DNA from: Methanomassiliicoccaceae archaeon
GTDB taxonomy: Archaea; Thermoplasmatota; Thermoplasmata; Methanomassiliicoccales; Methanomassiliicoccaceae
Assembly: GCA_963728405.1 (NCBI GenBank)
Contig: CAVSJV010000017.1
Span: forward strand, 32,001-96,000
Length of the DNA: 64,000 bases
Reading direction: 5' to 3'
In this document: positions 32,487 to 43,359 of the stretch, piece after piece
Numbering within the stretch: position 1 is the stretch's first letter
Layout of the letters: every line of letters begins with the position of its first letter
Notes under the pieces: generated by a model
The model's database searches: none
What the model saw: the letters and a program-made list of their open reading frames with translations, nothing else
Told to the model about the DNA's origin: nothing
Translations under genes and position numbers: made by a program

Positions 32487-32661
32487 TCGCGGTCCGGCCG
32501 ATGCCAGCCATCCATCAACAAATAGAGGGACCATCGACGATGACCTTTCCTTTGACATTTCGGAAAATGGACGTTCGAAGCCCGTTGCCGTTCCCGCTGT
32601 TTTCTACGGTCCGGCTCGTTCCGATTGATAACTTTCGCAGAATGGACCGCCCATCGCACAA

Positions 32662-32680
32662 AAGGTATATTATATACCTT
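32662..32680 (+). promoter_or_regulatory. Perfect palindrome overlapping the TATA box of the Lrp-lysine operon
   Basis: AAGGTATAT-T-ATATACCTT, containing TTATATA. Confidence 0.65.
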
Positions 32681-32739
32681 GATTATCATCAAAAAGCTCT
32701 AGGGAAATCGTAGTATAATCAACGAAAGGAGAGGAAACC

Positions 32740-33162
32740 GTGATAGATTACTTGGACGAGAAGATCATCGAGATCCTCAAGAGGGACTCCCGGAGGCCCT
32801 TCGTAGACATAGCCAACCAGCTGAAGGTGTCCGAAGGGACCATTCGCAGCCGGGTCCGCAAGCTGGTGGACGATAATATCATCCAGTGCTTCACCATCAA
32901 GACCAGCAGCAAGAACGTCAAGGCCATCATAGAGATCAAGATCAACGTCAACGTGAACACCTCCGATGTGGCGGCCAATATCGCGCGGTTCGATGGCGTC
33001 TCCGAGGTCTTCGAGGTCACCGGCGAAGAGGACGTCGTGGCCATCATCGACGTGACCTCCTCGCCACAGCTGAACGAGATCATCGAGCGCATCCGGCGCT
33101 TCGATAACGTTCAGTCGACCAGGACCCGCCTGATCCTGAAGGAGCACTTCGGGGGACAGTAA
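32740..33162 (+). CDS. Lrp/AsnC family transcriptional regulator
   Basis: LDEKIIEILKRDSR HTH, SEGTIRSRV, VTGEED. Confidence 0.92.
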   Translation: MIDYLDEKIIEILKRDSRRPFVDIANQLKVSEGTIRSRVRKLVDDNIIQCFTIKTSSKNVKAIIEIKINVNVNTSDVAANIARFDGVSEVFEVTGEEDVVAIIDVTSSPQLNEIIERIRRFDNVQSTRTRLILKEHFGGQ

Positions 33163-33163
33163 G

Positions 33164-34036
33164 ATGTTCTCTGGCTGCGCCACTGCCATCATCACCCCGA
33201 TGACCAGGGACGGAGGGATCGATGAGATCGGCCTGAGGGAATTGGTCAGGTTCCAAGAGGAGAACGGGATAAGGACATTGGTCCCCTGTGGCTCCACCGG
33301 GGAATCGGCCACCTTGAACCACCAGGAGCACCTCCGGGTCATCGAAGTGGTCATCGACGAGGCTAAGAGAGCAAAGGTCATCGCGGGGGCCGGTTCGAAC
33401 GCCACCAGCGAAGCGATCCACCTCAGCAAGGGAGCCCAGAACCTGGGCGCGGACGGCCTGCTGTCCATCTCCCCCTATTACAACAAGCCCACCATGGCGG
33501 GCATCATCAAGCATTATGAGGCCGTCGCCGCATCGGTGGACATACCCACCATCATCTACAATATCCCATCGCGGACCGGTTCCAATATCAACGCCGCCAC
33601 CATGCTGAAATTGGCCCTGATACCGGGCATCGGAGGGGTCAAGGAAGCGTCTGGAGATATCCACCAGATCGCGGCTATCGCCGCCCAGGCGCCCAAGGAC
33701 TTCCTGGTGCTGTCGGGCGACGATGCCATGACCGTACCGGCCATGGCGGTCGGGGCGAGAGGGGTCATATCCGTCACTTCGAACCTCATGCCTGGAACGA
33801 TGCTTTCCATGGTCAACGCCATGATGGACGGCAACGTGAACGAGGCCCGCCGGATCAACGACAGCCTGCTGCCCATGTACAGCGCCCTGTTCATCGAGAC
33901 CAACCCCATACCGGTTAAGACCGCCCTCCGTCTGATGGGGCGGCCGGCGGGACCGTTCCGCCTGCCGCTGTGCGACCTGATCCCGGCGAACCTGGATACA
34001 CTAAAGCGGACGCTTTCCGACTATAAGCTGATCTGA
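33164..34036 (+). CDS. dapA: 4-hydroxy-tetrahydrodipicolinate synthase
   Basis: GSTGE, PYYNKP, YNIPSRT, KEAS, SGDD, NPIPVK. Confidence 0.95.
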   Translation: MFSGCATAIITPMTRDGGIDEIGLRELVRFQEENGIRTLVPCGSTGESATLNHQEHLRVIEVVIDEAKRAKVIAGAGSNATSEAIHLSKGAQNLGADGLLSISPYYNKPTMAGIIKHYEAVAASVDIPTIIYNIPSRTGSNINAATMLKLALIPGIGGVKEASGDIHQIAAIAAQAPKDFLVLSGDDAMTVPAMAVGARGVISVTSNLMPGTMLSMVNAMMDGNVNEARRINDSLLPMYSALFIETNPIPVKTALRLMGRPAGPFRLPLCDLIPANLDTLKRTLSDYKLI

Positions 34037-34049
34037 AAGGGTGATGTGC

Positions 34050-34829
34050 ATGATAAGGGTCGTTGTAGGTGGGGCCACTGGCAAGCTCGGTAGCATGGTC
34101 TGTGCATTGATCAGCGAACAGCCGGACATGCAACTGGTCGGTGGGATCGTGTCCGCCGGTAGCGAGAGCGTCGGCCGGCCGATCGCGCTGGGCATCAACG
34201 CCACTGGATCAGACCGCATCGCCGCGGCGGTCGAAAACGCCGACGTCTACGTGGACCTGACCTCGCCGGCAGCGGCGGAGAGGAACATTCCATCAGTGGA
34301 GCGGACGGGGCTGAACTTGGTGATCGGGACGACCGGCATATCGGCCGAGGCAATGGAGCGGCTCGCTTCCTCGGTGAAGGAGCACCTCTCCTCGGCCGTG
34401 GTCACTCCCAACTTCTCCATCGGAGTGAACGTGTTCTTCAAGACCTGTGAGAGCCTGGCCAAGGCTCTTCCCGGTTACGACGTGGAGATCGTCGAGGTGC
34501 ATCACAATCAGAAGAAGGACGCTCCCTCCGGGACGGCCAAGAAGGCCGCCGAGATCGTGGCCGAGGTTACCGACGTGGACAAGATAGTATATGGTAGGGA
34601 GGGGAAGGTCGGAGCAAGGGGGCACGAGATCGGCATCCATTCAGTACGGGCCGGGGATGTGGTGGGGGAACACACCATCATCTTCGCCGGCCGAAGAGAA
34701 AGGATCGAACTGACCCACCGGGCCCATTCCCGGGAGGCGCTCGCCGAGGGCTGCGTGATGGCCATCCGGTGGATCGCCGACAGAAAGGACGGCCAGATAC
34801 ACTCAATGGACGAGGTGCTGGGATTATGA
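34050..34829 (+). CDS. dapB: 4-hydroxy-tetrahydrodipicolinate reductase
   Basis: GATGKLG, GTTG, PNFSIG, EVHHNQKKDAPSGTA. Confidence 0.95.
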   Translation: MIRVVVGGATGKLGSMVCALISEQPDMQLVGGIVSAGSESVGRPIALGINATGSDRIAAAVENADVYVDLTSPAAAERNIPSVERTGLNLVIGTTGISAEAMERLASSVKEHLSSAVVTPNFSIGVNVFFKTCESLAKALPGYDVEIVEVHHNQKKDAPSGTAKKAAEIVAEVTDVDKIVYGREGKVGARGHEIGIHSVRAGDVVGEHTIIFAGRRERIELTHRAHSREALAEGCVMAIRWIADRKDGQIHSMDEVLGL

Positions 34830-36183
34830 TCAAGGTCATGAAGTTCGGAGGCACTAGCGTAGGGAGCGTAGACGCCATGGAGCGGACCGCTTCGGTCATC
34901 CTGAGAGAAGAGGCCCAGAAGGTCGTGGTGGTATCGGCGATGTCCGGGGTCACCAACACTCTTATCGCTTGCATAAGGGACGGGCCGCCCATCGAGGAGT
35001 TCGTGACACAGCTCAGGAACAAACACCTGTCCTGCGCCAAGATCATCATGCCATCCGACATCTTTAATGAGTATTGCGTGACCCTGGACGAGAGCGTGGA
35101 CGGTTTGCGCAAAGCGCTGGAGGCGCGTAAGAACTGTCGATTGCGACCCCGTTCTGGACGATACTATCTCCTCTTGGGGAGAGCGGCTTTCGTCGATCAC
35201 CATGGCCCATATCCTCCGGGCCAAGGGGGCGGAGGGCATCCCCCTCACTTCGGAGCGATCGGGCATCGTGGCAGAGGGAGCGCCCGGCAACGGTTCGGCC
35301 AATCTCGACGCCACCCATCACAACCTCAAATGCACCGTCCGTCCCCTTCTAGAGAAAGGTATGGTCCCGGTGCTCACCGGCTACTACGGCTGCGGCGCGG
35401 ACGGACGGCCGCTGACGTTCGGCCGGGGCGGTTCCGATTACTCCGGCAGTGTGGTGGCCTATGGCATCGATGCCAACTGCTGCGAGATCTGGACCGATGT
35501 CAACGGTTTCATGACCGCTGATCCCCGGGCGGTGCCGGGGGCCAGGTGCATCGACGAGATGGACTACAATGAAGCGGCCGAGTTGGCGTACTTCGGAGCG
35601 AAGGTGCTGCATCCTCGCACGATAGAACCAGTTCGACGGAAGGGCATCCCGCTGATGGTGAAGAACACCTTCAATCCCGAGGCCAAGGGCACGCTGATCC
35701 GGGCACAGAAGAGCAACGGTGGGGACATCTTGAGATCGGTGGCGGTCAAGTGCGACCTGTCCATCGTCAAGGTCTATTCCTCGGAGCTGGTGTATCAGCC
35801 CAGCCTGATCTCCAGGCTGGTCGGCTCCATCTCTGACGCGGCGGTGAACACCTACGCAGTGTCAACGTCATTATCCACAGTTGGCGGTGGTGATACCGAC
35901 GCCAGCGGTCGACAAGGTCCTGAAGAAGATCGATTCGCTGAACGAGCAACAGGTGGAGAAACTTAAAGTTAAAGGCAACGTCTCGCTCATCTGCTGCGTC
36001 GGCGATAACATGATCAACATGCCCGGTGTCGCGGCCAAGGTGTTCGCCACGGTGGCCGAGATGGGCGCCAATATTGAGATGATCTCCGAAGGAGCATCGG
36101 ACGTGGCGCTTAACTTCGTGGTCCCCAGTGACAAGGCCCTGGACGTGGTCAGGAGCATTCACGGTACGTTCATAGGTGGTTGA
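34826..36183 (+). CDS. lysC: Aspartate kinase; frameshifts near 35130 and 35880
   Basis: MKFGGTSV, VVSAM, GRGGSDYS, WTDV, GAKVLHP, C-terminal ACT domains. Confidence 0.9.
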
Positions 36184-36184
36184 A

Positions 36185-37444
36185 ATGAGAAAGTTCGAGA
36201 GCGTGGATGGGCAGATGCTCATCGGTGGGGTGAAGGCGACCGACATCGTTAGCAAGTACGGCACGCCGGTCTACGTGACCGACGAGGATGCCGTCCGCCG
36301 CAACTATCGGGCGATCTACAACGCCTTTGCCAAGCACATGCCGACCAGGATCAACTACGCCTGCAAGGCCAACACGAACCTGGCGATCCTGAGGATACTA
36401 GAGCAGGAGGGCAGCTGCATCGATGCCGTTTCCATTGGGGAGGTCGATGCCTGTCTGCGTGCTGGCTTCTCCCCCGACCGCATCCTGTATACCGGCGTTA
36501 ACGTACTCCACCCCCGAGCTGAAGGCAGTGGCGATGCGTAAAGTGCCGATCAATATCGACTCGTTCTCCGAGATGAGGCGCCTGGCGCTCATCACTACCG
36601 ATCTCCCCATATCCTTCCGGGTGAACCCTGAGGTGGGGGCGGGCCACCATGAGAAGGTGGTCACCGGTGCCCGGTCCACCAAGTTCGGCATTCCCAAGGG
36701 TCAGATCATCGATGCATACTCCGAGGCGATGCAGCTGGGCTTCAGACCGGTAGGTCTGCACTGCCACATCGGCGCGGGGGTACAGGTCGTCGACCCTTTC
36801 GTACAGGGAACCGAAGTGCTCGTATCCATCGTCCAGCGACTGGAGAAAGAGCTCAAGTTGAACCTGCGGTTCATCGATATCGGCGGGGGCATCGGCATAC
36901 CCTACCATGTCGAGGACCAGCCCATGGACCTCGACCTGCTGGCCAAGGAGATAACCACTCGCATAAAGGAGGGGACGAAGGTCAAGCAGATCATTCTGGA
37001 GCCTGGTCGGTACATCATCGCCGACACCACCGTCCTGCTGACCTCGGTAGTGGACATCAAGGAGACGCCGGACAAGCGCTTCGCCGGCGTGGACGCGGGC
37101 TTCAACACCCTGGTCCGCCCGGCGTTCTACGGTTCGTTCCATCATGTCGCCGTGGCCAACAAGTTCGGAAGAGATGGCGAGCTGATGTACGATGTGGTCG
37201 GGCCCATCTGCGAGTCCGGAGACTACCTGGCCAAGGAACGGATGCTCCCGAAATTAGAGGAAGGCGATGTCATCGCGGTGTATGATGCGGGAGCGTACGG
37301 TTTCACCATGAGCTCCAACTACAACATGCGCCCACTGTCCCGGGAGGTCCTGGTGCACAACGGCGTCACCAACCTGATCAGGGAACGGAGAGCATCGAGG
37401 ACCTCCTGCAGAACCAGCGCATACCGTCGAGGCTGATGCTGTGA
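36185..37444 (+). CDS. lysA: Diaminopimelate decarboxylase; frameshifts near 36505 and 37390
   Basis: YGTP, YACKAN, KFG, HCHIG, DIGGG, EPGR, GPICESGD, GAYG, SNYN. Confidence 0.92.
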
Positions 37445-38272
37445 TCTTCTGGAAGTACCATGGTCTGGGGAACGACTTTATCCTGTTCGAGGACCTGGAA
37501 GAGAAAGCGCCTACCGATCCAGAGATCGTCAGGAAGTTGTGCGACCGCCGGTTCGGCATCGGCGGGGACGGCATCCTGTACGTCCGCCTGGATGCCGATG
37601 CCGATGCCTTCATGAAGGTCATGAACTCCGACGGCAGCGAGGCGGAGATGTGCGGCAACGGCATACGCTGCGTGGCCAAGCACCTGTACGATTTCGCCAT
37701 CGCTCCGTCCGAGCGGATGCGCATCAACACCCTGGGCGGGATCAAGGAGATCGAGGTCAAGGTCGTGGAGGGAGAAGTGACCGAGGCCTCGGTGGACATG
37801 GGCGCACCCCGCCTGGACTGCCAGGACGATCCCCATGCGGTGCGAGGGACGGTTCGTGGACGGCACCCTGGATATTAATGGCGTCAAGATCGTGGGAACG
37901 GCGGTCAGCATGGGCAATCCCCATTTCATCACCTTCCAGGAGCTTAGCGATGAGCAGGTCAGGGACCTCGGTCCGCGGATCGAGGTGCATCCCCTGTTCC
38001 CCCGCAAGACCAACGTGGAGTTCGTCCGTCCCGTGGACGGGCGGCTGGACGTGAAGGTGTTCGAGCGGGGAGCGGGGTGGACCTATGCCTGCGGGACCGG
38101 GGCCTGTGCCACCGCAGTGGCGGCCGGCCTCAAGGGCATCGCCCCGCCGGGGCACGATGTGAAGGTCAGACTTCCGGGAGGGGACCTGACCATCAATGTT
38201 AAGAGGGACCTTTCCATGGTCCGGATGACCGGTCCCGCCACCAGGGTGTTCCAGGGCGAGATCGAGTGGTAG
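37441..38272 (+). CDS. dapF: Diaminopimelate epimerase; frameshift near 37830
   Basis: KYHGLGNDF, EMCGNGIRC, MGNPH, ERGAGWTYACGTG. Confidence 0.93.
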
Positions 38273-38285
38273 AGTGGTGAATATC

Positions 38286-39439
38286 ATGGCTTACGAGTTC
38301 GCGGATCGTTTGAAGAACATTCCGCCCTATCTGTTCGCGGAGATCGAGGAGAAGGTCAACGAGAAGAGGGCGATGGGCCTGGACATCATCGACTTTGGCA
38401 TCGGGGGTACCTGACGTACCCACCCCCCAGCCTATCGTCGAGGAGATCAAAAAGCAGCTGGAAGACCCGGAGAACCACCGTTATCCGTCCTCAGGCGGAG
38501 AGCGGGACACCAGGGTCGCCATCGCTGAATGGTACTCCAAGCGCTTCGGTGTGGAGCTCAACCCGGACCGCGAAGTGGCGGTGCTGCTGGGAAGCAAGGA
38601 GGGACTGGCCAATATCGCCCGGGCCTTCGTGAACCCCGGCGACAAGGTGCTGTGCCCGGACCCCGCCTACCCGGTCTACGCCCAGGGCGCGACCCTGCTG
38701 TGCGACGCTCGGCCGGTCAAGGTCCCGCTGTACGACGAGGACGATTTCCTGCTGGACCTCGACGAATGCCCCGAGGACGCCAAGATGCTGTTCCTCAACT
38801 ACCCGAACAATCCGACCGGGGCGGTGGCCAGCGGCGCTTACCTGAAGAAAGCGCTCAAATGGTGCAACGATACCGAGACCATCCTGTGCTATGACAACGC
38901 CTACTCGGAGATGACCTTTGATGATTACATTGCGCCATCGATCCTCGAGTACGGCCGGCAGGCCATCGAGTTCGGTTCGCTGTCCAAGACGTTCAACATG
39001 ACCGGCTATCGTCTCGGCTACGCCGTGGGGGACGCTAACCTCATCGCGGGGCTTAAGAAGGTCAAGTCCCAGATCGATTCGGGCGCCCCCAAGTTCATCC
39101 AGAAGGCTGCGGTGACCGCACTCGGCGAGTACCAAGGACGCACCCGGCCCAAGATGGTGCAGGATGAACGTGGATATCTACCAAGAGCGTAGGGACATCA
39201 TGGTCGGCGGCCTCCGGAAGCTGGGCTTCGACATCAAGCTCCCCAAGGGGACGTTCTACCTGTTCTTCAATGTCGACGGCAACAGCATGGACTTCGCCGC
39301 ACGACTACTGGACGTGGGCGTCGTGGTCACTCCGGGCATCGGGTTCGGCTCCAACGGAGAGAACTTCGTCCGGATGGCCCTCACCCAGCCGACCGCGAGG
39401 ATCGAGGAAGCGCTGGAAAGGATGCGCAAGGCGTTGTAA
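38286..39439 (+). CDS. dapL: LL-diaminopimelate aminotransferase; frameshifts near 38400 and 39165
   Basis: PPYLFA, GSKEG, NYPNNPTG, DNAY, SLSKTFNMTGYRLG, PGIGFG; last gene of the dap operon. Confidence 0.85.
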
Positions 39440-39474
39440 GCCTTCTCCCCAAAGGCATCGGGTCGGGAACGCCC

Positions 39475-40734
39475 TCAGGCCGGCGGGGCTGGCTTCAGCG
39501 AGGGCATCGCGCTGTTGGCGCACTTGCACGACTTCAGCGCCTCGACCGCCGGCAACGGCTTCCCGAGGATGAAGGACTCCAGTGCGCCCCCCGCTGTGCT
39601 GACGTAGGAGAACTTTTCGGCCAGCCCGAACTTCTCGGCTGCGCCCACGGTGTGACCGCCTCCGATCAGGGTGAACGCCTTGGAGTGGACCATGGCGTTC
39701 ATCAGCTCCCGGGTCCCCAGACCGAACTGCTCCTTCTCGATCAGACCGGCGGGACCGGACATAAAGATGGTCTTGGCCGGTCCGAGCACCTTGGCGAACT
39801 TGGCGGCGGAGAACTTGCCGATATCGAAGATGGGGACATCGATGGGGAGGTCCCCGACCATCATGTCGCGCCTCTGGCCATTGATCTCCACCGCCACATC
39901 GAAGGGAAGCAGGATGCGGTCGCCCCGCTCCTTGAACAGCTTCTTGGCCGCCTCCAGTGTCTCGGGGGTCAGTTCGCTCTCCAGTATCTTAGTGGAGGGG
40001 TCCCCGAGCTTCACTCCACGGGCGGTCAGGAAGGCGTTGGCGCTCAGTCCGACCAGGATGACCCAGTCGGCCGTTCCGCTCTTGAGCACCCGTTCGATCA
40101 CCTTGATGGAATCGCCGAACTTAGCTCCGCCCAGGATGAAGACGGAAGGGTGCGCGGGATCGTCGAAGACCGACTGCAGGGCGGTCAGCTCCTTCTCCAT
40201 CAGGCGGCCCACCGCCGACGGCAGCACCTTGGGGAAACCCACCAGGGAGCACTGGGAGCGATGAGCAGTGGCGAAGGCGTCGTTCACGTAGAAGTCGGCC
40301 AGGGGGGCGAGGAAGGTGACCAGCTCGCATCTGGCATGCTCATCCATGCTCTTCTTCTCCAGCTCGTAGGGAAGCTCCCGTTAGTTTCTTCAGTAGGATG
40401 GCATTGCCCGGGGTGAGCCCTTGATCTCGCTGGCCACGGTCTCGCCGACGATGTCGTCAACGTACTTGACCTGCTTGCCCAGATACTTGGACAGGTGCTC
40501 GGCATGCTTGTCGAGGCGGCAGAAGTCCCAGTCGCCTGGTCGGCCCTGATGCGCCAGAATAACGACCTTGGCGCTCTTATCCAGCAGCTCCCGAACGGTG
40601 GGAATTATCTGCCGGATGCGGTTGTCGTCCTCGATCTCCAAGGTCTCCTGGGCCAGAGGACAGTTGATGTCGACCCTCAGAAGGACGGTCTTGTTCTCGA
40701 AGTTAAAATCGTCAAGCGTGTTGAACTCCTTCAT
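39475..40734 (-). CDS. pgk: Phosphoglycerate kinase; frameshifted around 40350-40410
   Basis: LRVDIN, AHQGRP, NDAFATAHR, GGAK, GGGHT, STAGGA. Confidence 0.92.
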
Positions 40735-40861
40735 TTGGTCCCGGCTCCAACAGATCAGGCTGTATTACCACGATGTTGCATGCTCAAAATAACCCTTCCG
40801 CTTCCCGCGACCACAGCGACATGGGCATTCTTTATGCTCCGGTCCCCCATCCCCGGGTAGG

Positions 40862-41603
40862 ATGAGGATGATGCCCTGCCGTCATCGGCTGGTTCCAGAG
40901 AGCGAGAGCTACTGCTGGCTGGAGACCTTTCGAAGAACGGAGGATGGGGCCTCGCTGGTGTTCCAGGGGGAGGGTGAAGGCCGCCCGGTCAAATGCACTG
41001 CCCCGTTGGCCGCGGCATGCCCGTTCCGAGAATGGATCGGGCGTACGGAGAAGGCGCAAATGGTCTCTTGCTCCCACTGCCGCCGCCGTCATCTTGAGGG
41101 TATCGAACTCGCAGATGCTGTGCGAGGCCTGGAGCTCTACCAAGGACATCCTGGCGCAGTTGCGGAAAGAGTTGCCGGAAGGGCACCGATTCTACGATGA
41201 GGGGACGACCCTCCCGCCGTATGACGAGAACACATGGCCCCTCATCAGGCGGCTGGTGTGGCAGCGGCTAAAGAACACCGTTCTGCGCAGGGACCGATAT
41301 AGATGCCAGGACTGCGAGGTGGAGTTCGGGGCGCGTCGTCGGAAGATCTTCGACCGCCGGTTACGGAAGGGAAAGGGCGGGTACCGGTGGGAGTCCCTGG
41401 AGGTCCATCACATCATCGCGCGATCAAGGGGGGGCTCCGACCACCCTGGGAACCTGAAGACGTTATGTCCGGCATGCCATCGCAGCTACACCTCAGAGCA
41501 GGCCGTGACGCGCTTGGCGGAGACAAGGCAAAGAAGAGAGGCCCTGAGGTCGCTGGAAGAGGGCGGCCATGGCGATGAGGTCATCGAGGATCCCCGGGAC
41601 TAG
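40862..41603 (+). CDS. HNH endonuclease with Cys-rich N-terminal domain; probable frameshift near 41085
   Basis: RDRYRCQDC...LEVHHI...GGSDHPGNLKTLCPACH. The upstream frame has PCRH, YCW, KC, CPF and CSHC. Confidence 0.75.
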
Positions 41604-41793
41604 GTTTGGGGCTTCGACACCCCGTTTTTCCAACGGATACTTCGGATTTCGCTTGTAATGGCCTCGGAAAATCCTATGTGAAGTCGCGTCTCGAATAACC
41701 TATATATTCAGAGGGATTAGGGGCAGAATATACAGAAGCGTATGAAGGTCGGAGCTAGAGTCGTCGACCTTCATCCGGGGATGGGCGAACCGA

Positions 41794-42873
41794 TTGTCTG
41801 AAGTGGGCACTACTGCGTGGATAATTTTCATCATCAGCATCTTTGCCTTGCTGGCAATTGATCTTGGGGTCTTCAATCGGAAGGCCCATGTGATCAAGCC
41901 GAGGGAGGCTTTGTTGCAGGTCGCCTTCTTCGTTTCCGCCGGCGTAATATTCAATCTTGGAATATACTTCTGGATAGGCTCTCAGGCAGGGCTGGAGTTC
42001 ACCACCGGCTACATAATGGAGCTGATGCTGAGCGTCGACAATCTGTTCGTCTTCGTTCTGGTCTTCGCCTCCTTCTGCGTGCCGGCAAAGGACCAGCACA
42101 AGATCCTGTTCTTCGGCATCCTGGGCGCCCTCGTATTCAGGATGGCGTTCATCTTCGCTGGGGTCGCCCTAGTGGAATCGTTCGAGTGGGTCCTCTATAT
42201 CTTCGGAGCCTTCCTGATATTCACCGGCATAAAGATGGGCCTTGACAAGGGCGAGGAGACCGTTCACCCCGACCAGAACATCATGGTCCGGTTCTTCCGT
42301 AAGTTCATGAGGATCACCAGCGGCTACGAGGGGGACAAGTTCTTCGTCCGGAAGAAGGACGAACGCGGCAAGCTGCTCCTGTGGGGCACGCCCATGCTCA
42401 TCGCCCTCATCGTGGTGGAGACCACCGACATCATGTTCGCCGTGGACTCCATCCCCGCCATCCTGGGCATCACCACCAACGCATTCATCGTGTTCAGCTC
42501 CAATGCCTTCGCCATCCTCGGCCTGAGGTCGATGTACTTCGCGCTGGCCCACATCATGAACGCGTTCTGCTACCTGAAGTACGGGCTGGCCGGCATCCTA
42601 TCCTTCGTCGGCGCAAAGATGCTGGTCGCCTACTTCGGCATCCACATCGACGTGCTCACGTCGCTGCTGGCCATCGTCGTCATACTGGGCATCGCGATCG
42701 TCGCCTCGCTGATCAAGAACCGGCGCAGCGGCAACACTCCAGGCAAAGAGGAGAAGGCCAAGGAAAGTCCCCTCCTCAGGGAGCTGGAAGGATCCGGGAC
42801 GGCCACCGGCAACGGAGAGGCCTGCCCGGCCCTGAAGGATATCAGGCACACCGAGGAGAAGTACAACAAGTAA
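41794..42873 (+). CDS. TerC/Alx family membrane protein
   Basis: LSVDNLFVF, GALVFR, ETTDIMFAVDSIPA, SNAFAILGLRSMYF. Confidence 0.92.
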   Translation: MSEVGTTAWIIFIISIFALLAIDLGVFNRKAHVIKPREALLQVAFFVSAGVIFNLGIYFWIGSQAGLEFTTGYIMELMLSVDNLFVFVLVFASFCVPAKDQHKILFFGILGALVFRMAFIFAGVALVESFEWVLYIFGAFLIFTGIKMGLDKGEETVHPDQNIMVRFFRKFMRITSGYEGDKFFVRKKDERGKLLLWGTPMLIALIVVETTDIMFAVDSIPAILGITTNAFIVFSSNAFAILGLRSMYFALAHIMNAFCYLKYGLAGILSFVGAKMLVAYFGIHIDVLTSLLAIVVILGIAIVASLIKNRRSGNTPGKEEKAKESPLLRELEGSGTATGNGEACPALKDIRHTEEKYNK

Positions 42874-42884
42874 GGAAAGGCGCC

Positions 42885-42912
42885 CTCGAGGGTGGACCTT
42901 GTCCACCTCGAG
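42885..42912 (+). terminator. Stem-loop just after the TerC gene
   Basis: CTCGA(G)GGTGGAC-CTT-GTCCACCTCGAG: 12 bp with one bulge, no U-tract. Confidence 0.35.
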
Positions 42913-43359
42913 TACATCAATTGGCGCCTGGACCTGCCTAAGTGCGTGGAGCTGCTGCGGGCGGCTCTAGCATTGGTATTGCCCCGTTGTTCGACGCCCT
43001 GCTCTACCTGGAGCTCATCATCCTGGTCGTGTCGACCGCATGATCGTCAATCAGGCATATGCCGTAATAAGAATCGATCACCTGATTCGTCTGAATTTGG
43101 CAATTGATGTATCTAGACGGGGACCGTCCACGGTGGCCGGACGTTCGAGGATACCTCCAGTGATGCTACCGTTGAGACGGTCAAGGACACCGATGTAAAG
43201 GCGACCATCACGCTAGCTAACGCTAGATCTCTTGAACGTGATCCAGCCGATCCGAACGTCGACCCTTCTTCTCCCGAAGAACAGCTTATGGTGTAAAATA
43301 TTTACAATTACCTATGAAAGTAGACGATTAGGGACAAAAATGGAAGATCGTAAAGGGTT

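Noticed and set aside
32680-32740. Search for a Lys-rich leader peptide before the lysine operon
   Set aside because: No ATG or Lys codon run lies between the TATA box and the Lrp start.
34826-40734. Programmed frameshifting or pseudogenisation of lysC, lysA, dapF, dapL and pgk
   Set aside because: No shared slippery motif is evident, and the density across unrelated core genes points to sequencing error.
43108-43296. Possible short ORF remnant between the TerC gene and gap
   Set aside because: It needs a frameshift to read and has no recognisable motif, so it cannot be supported.
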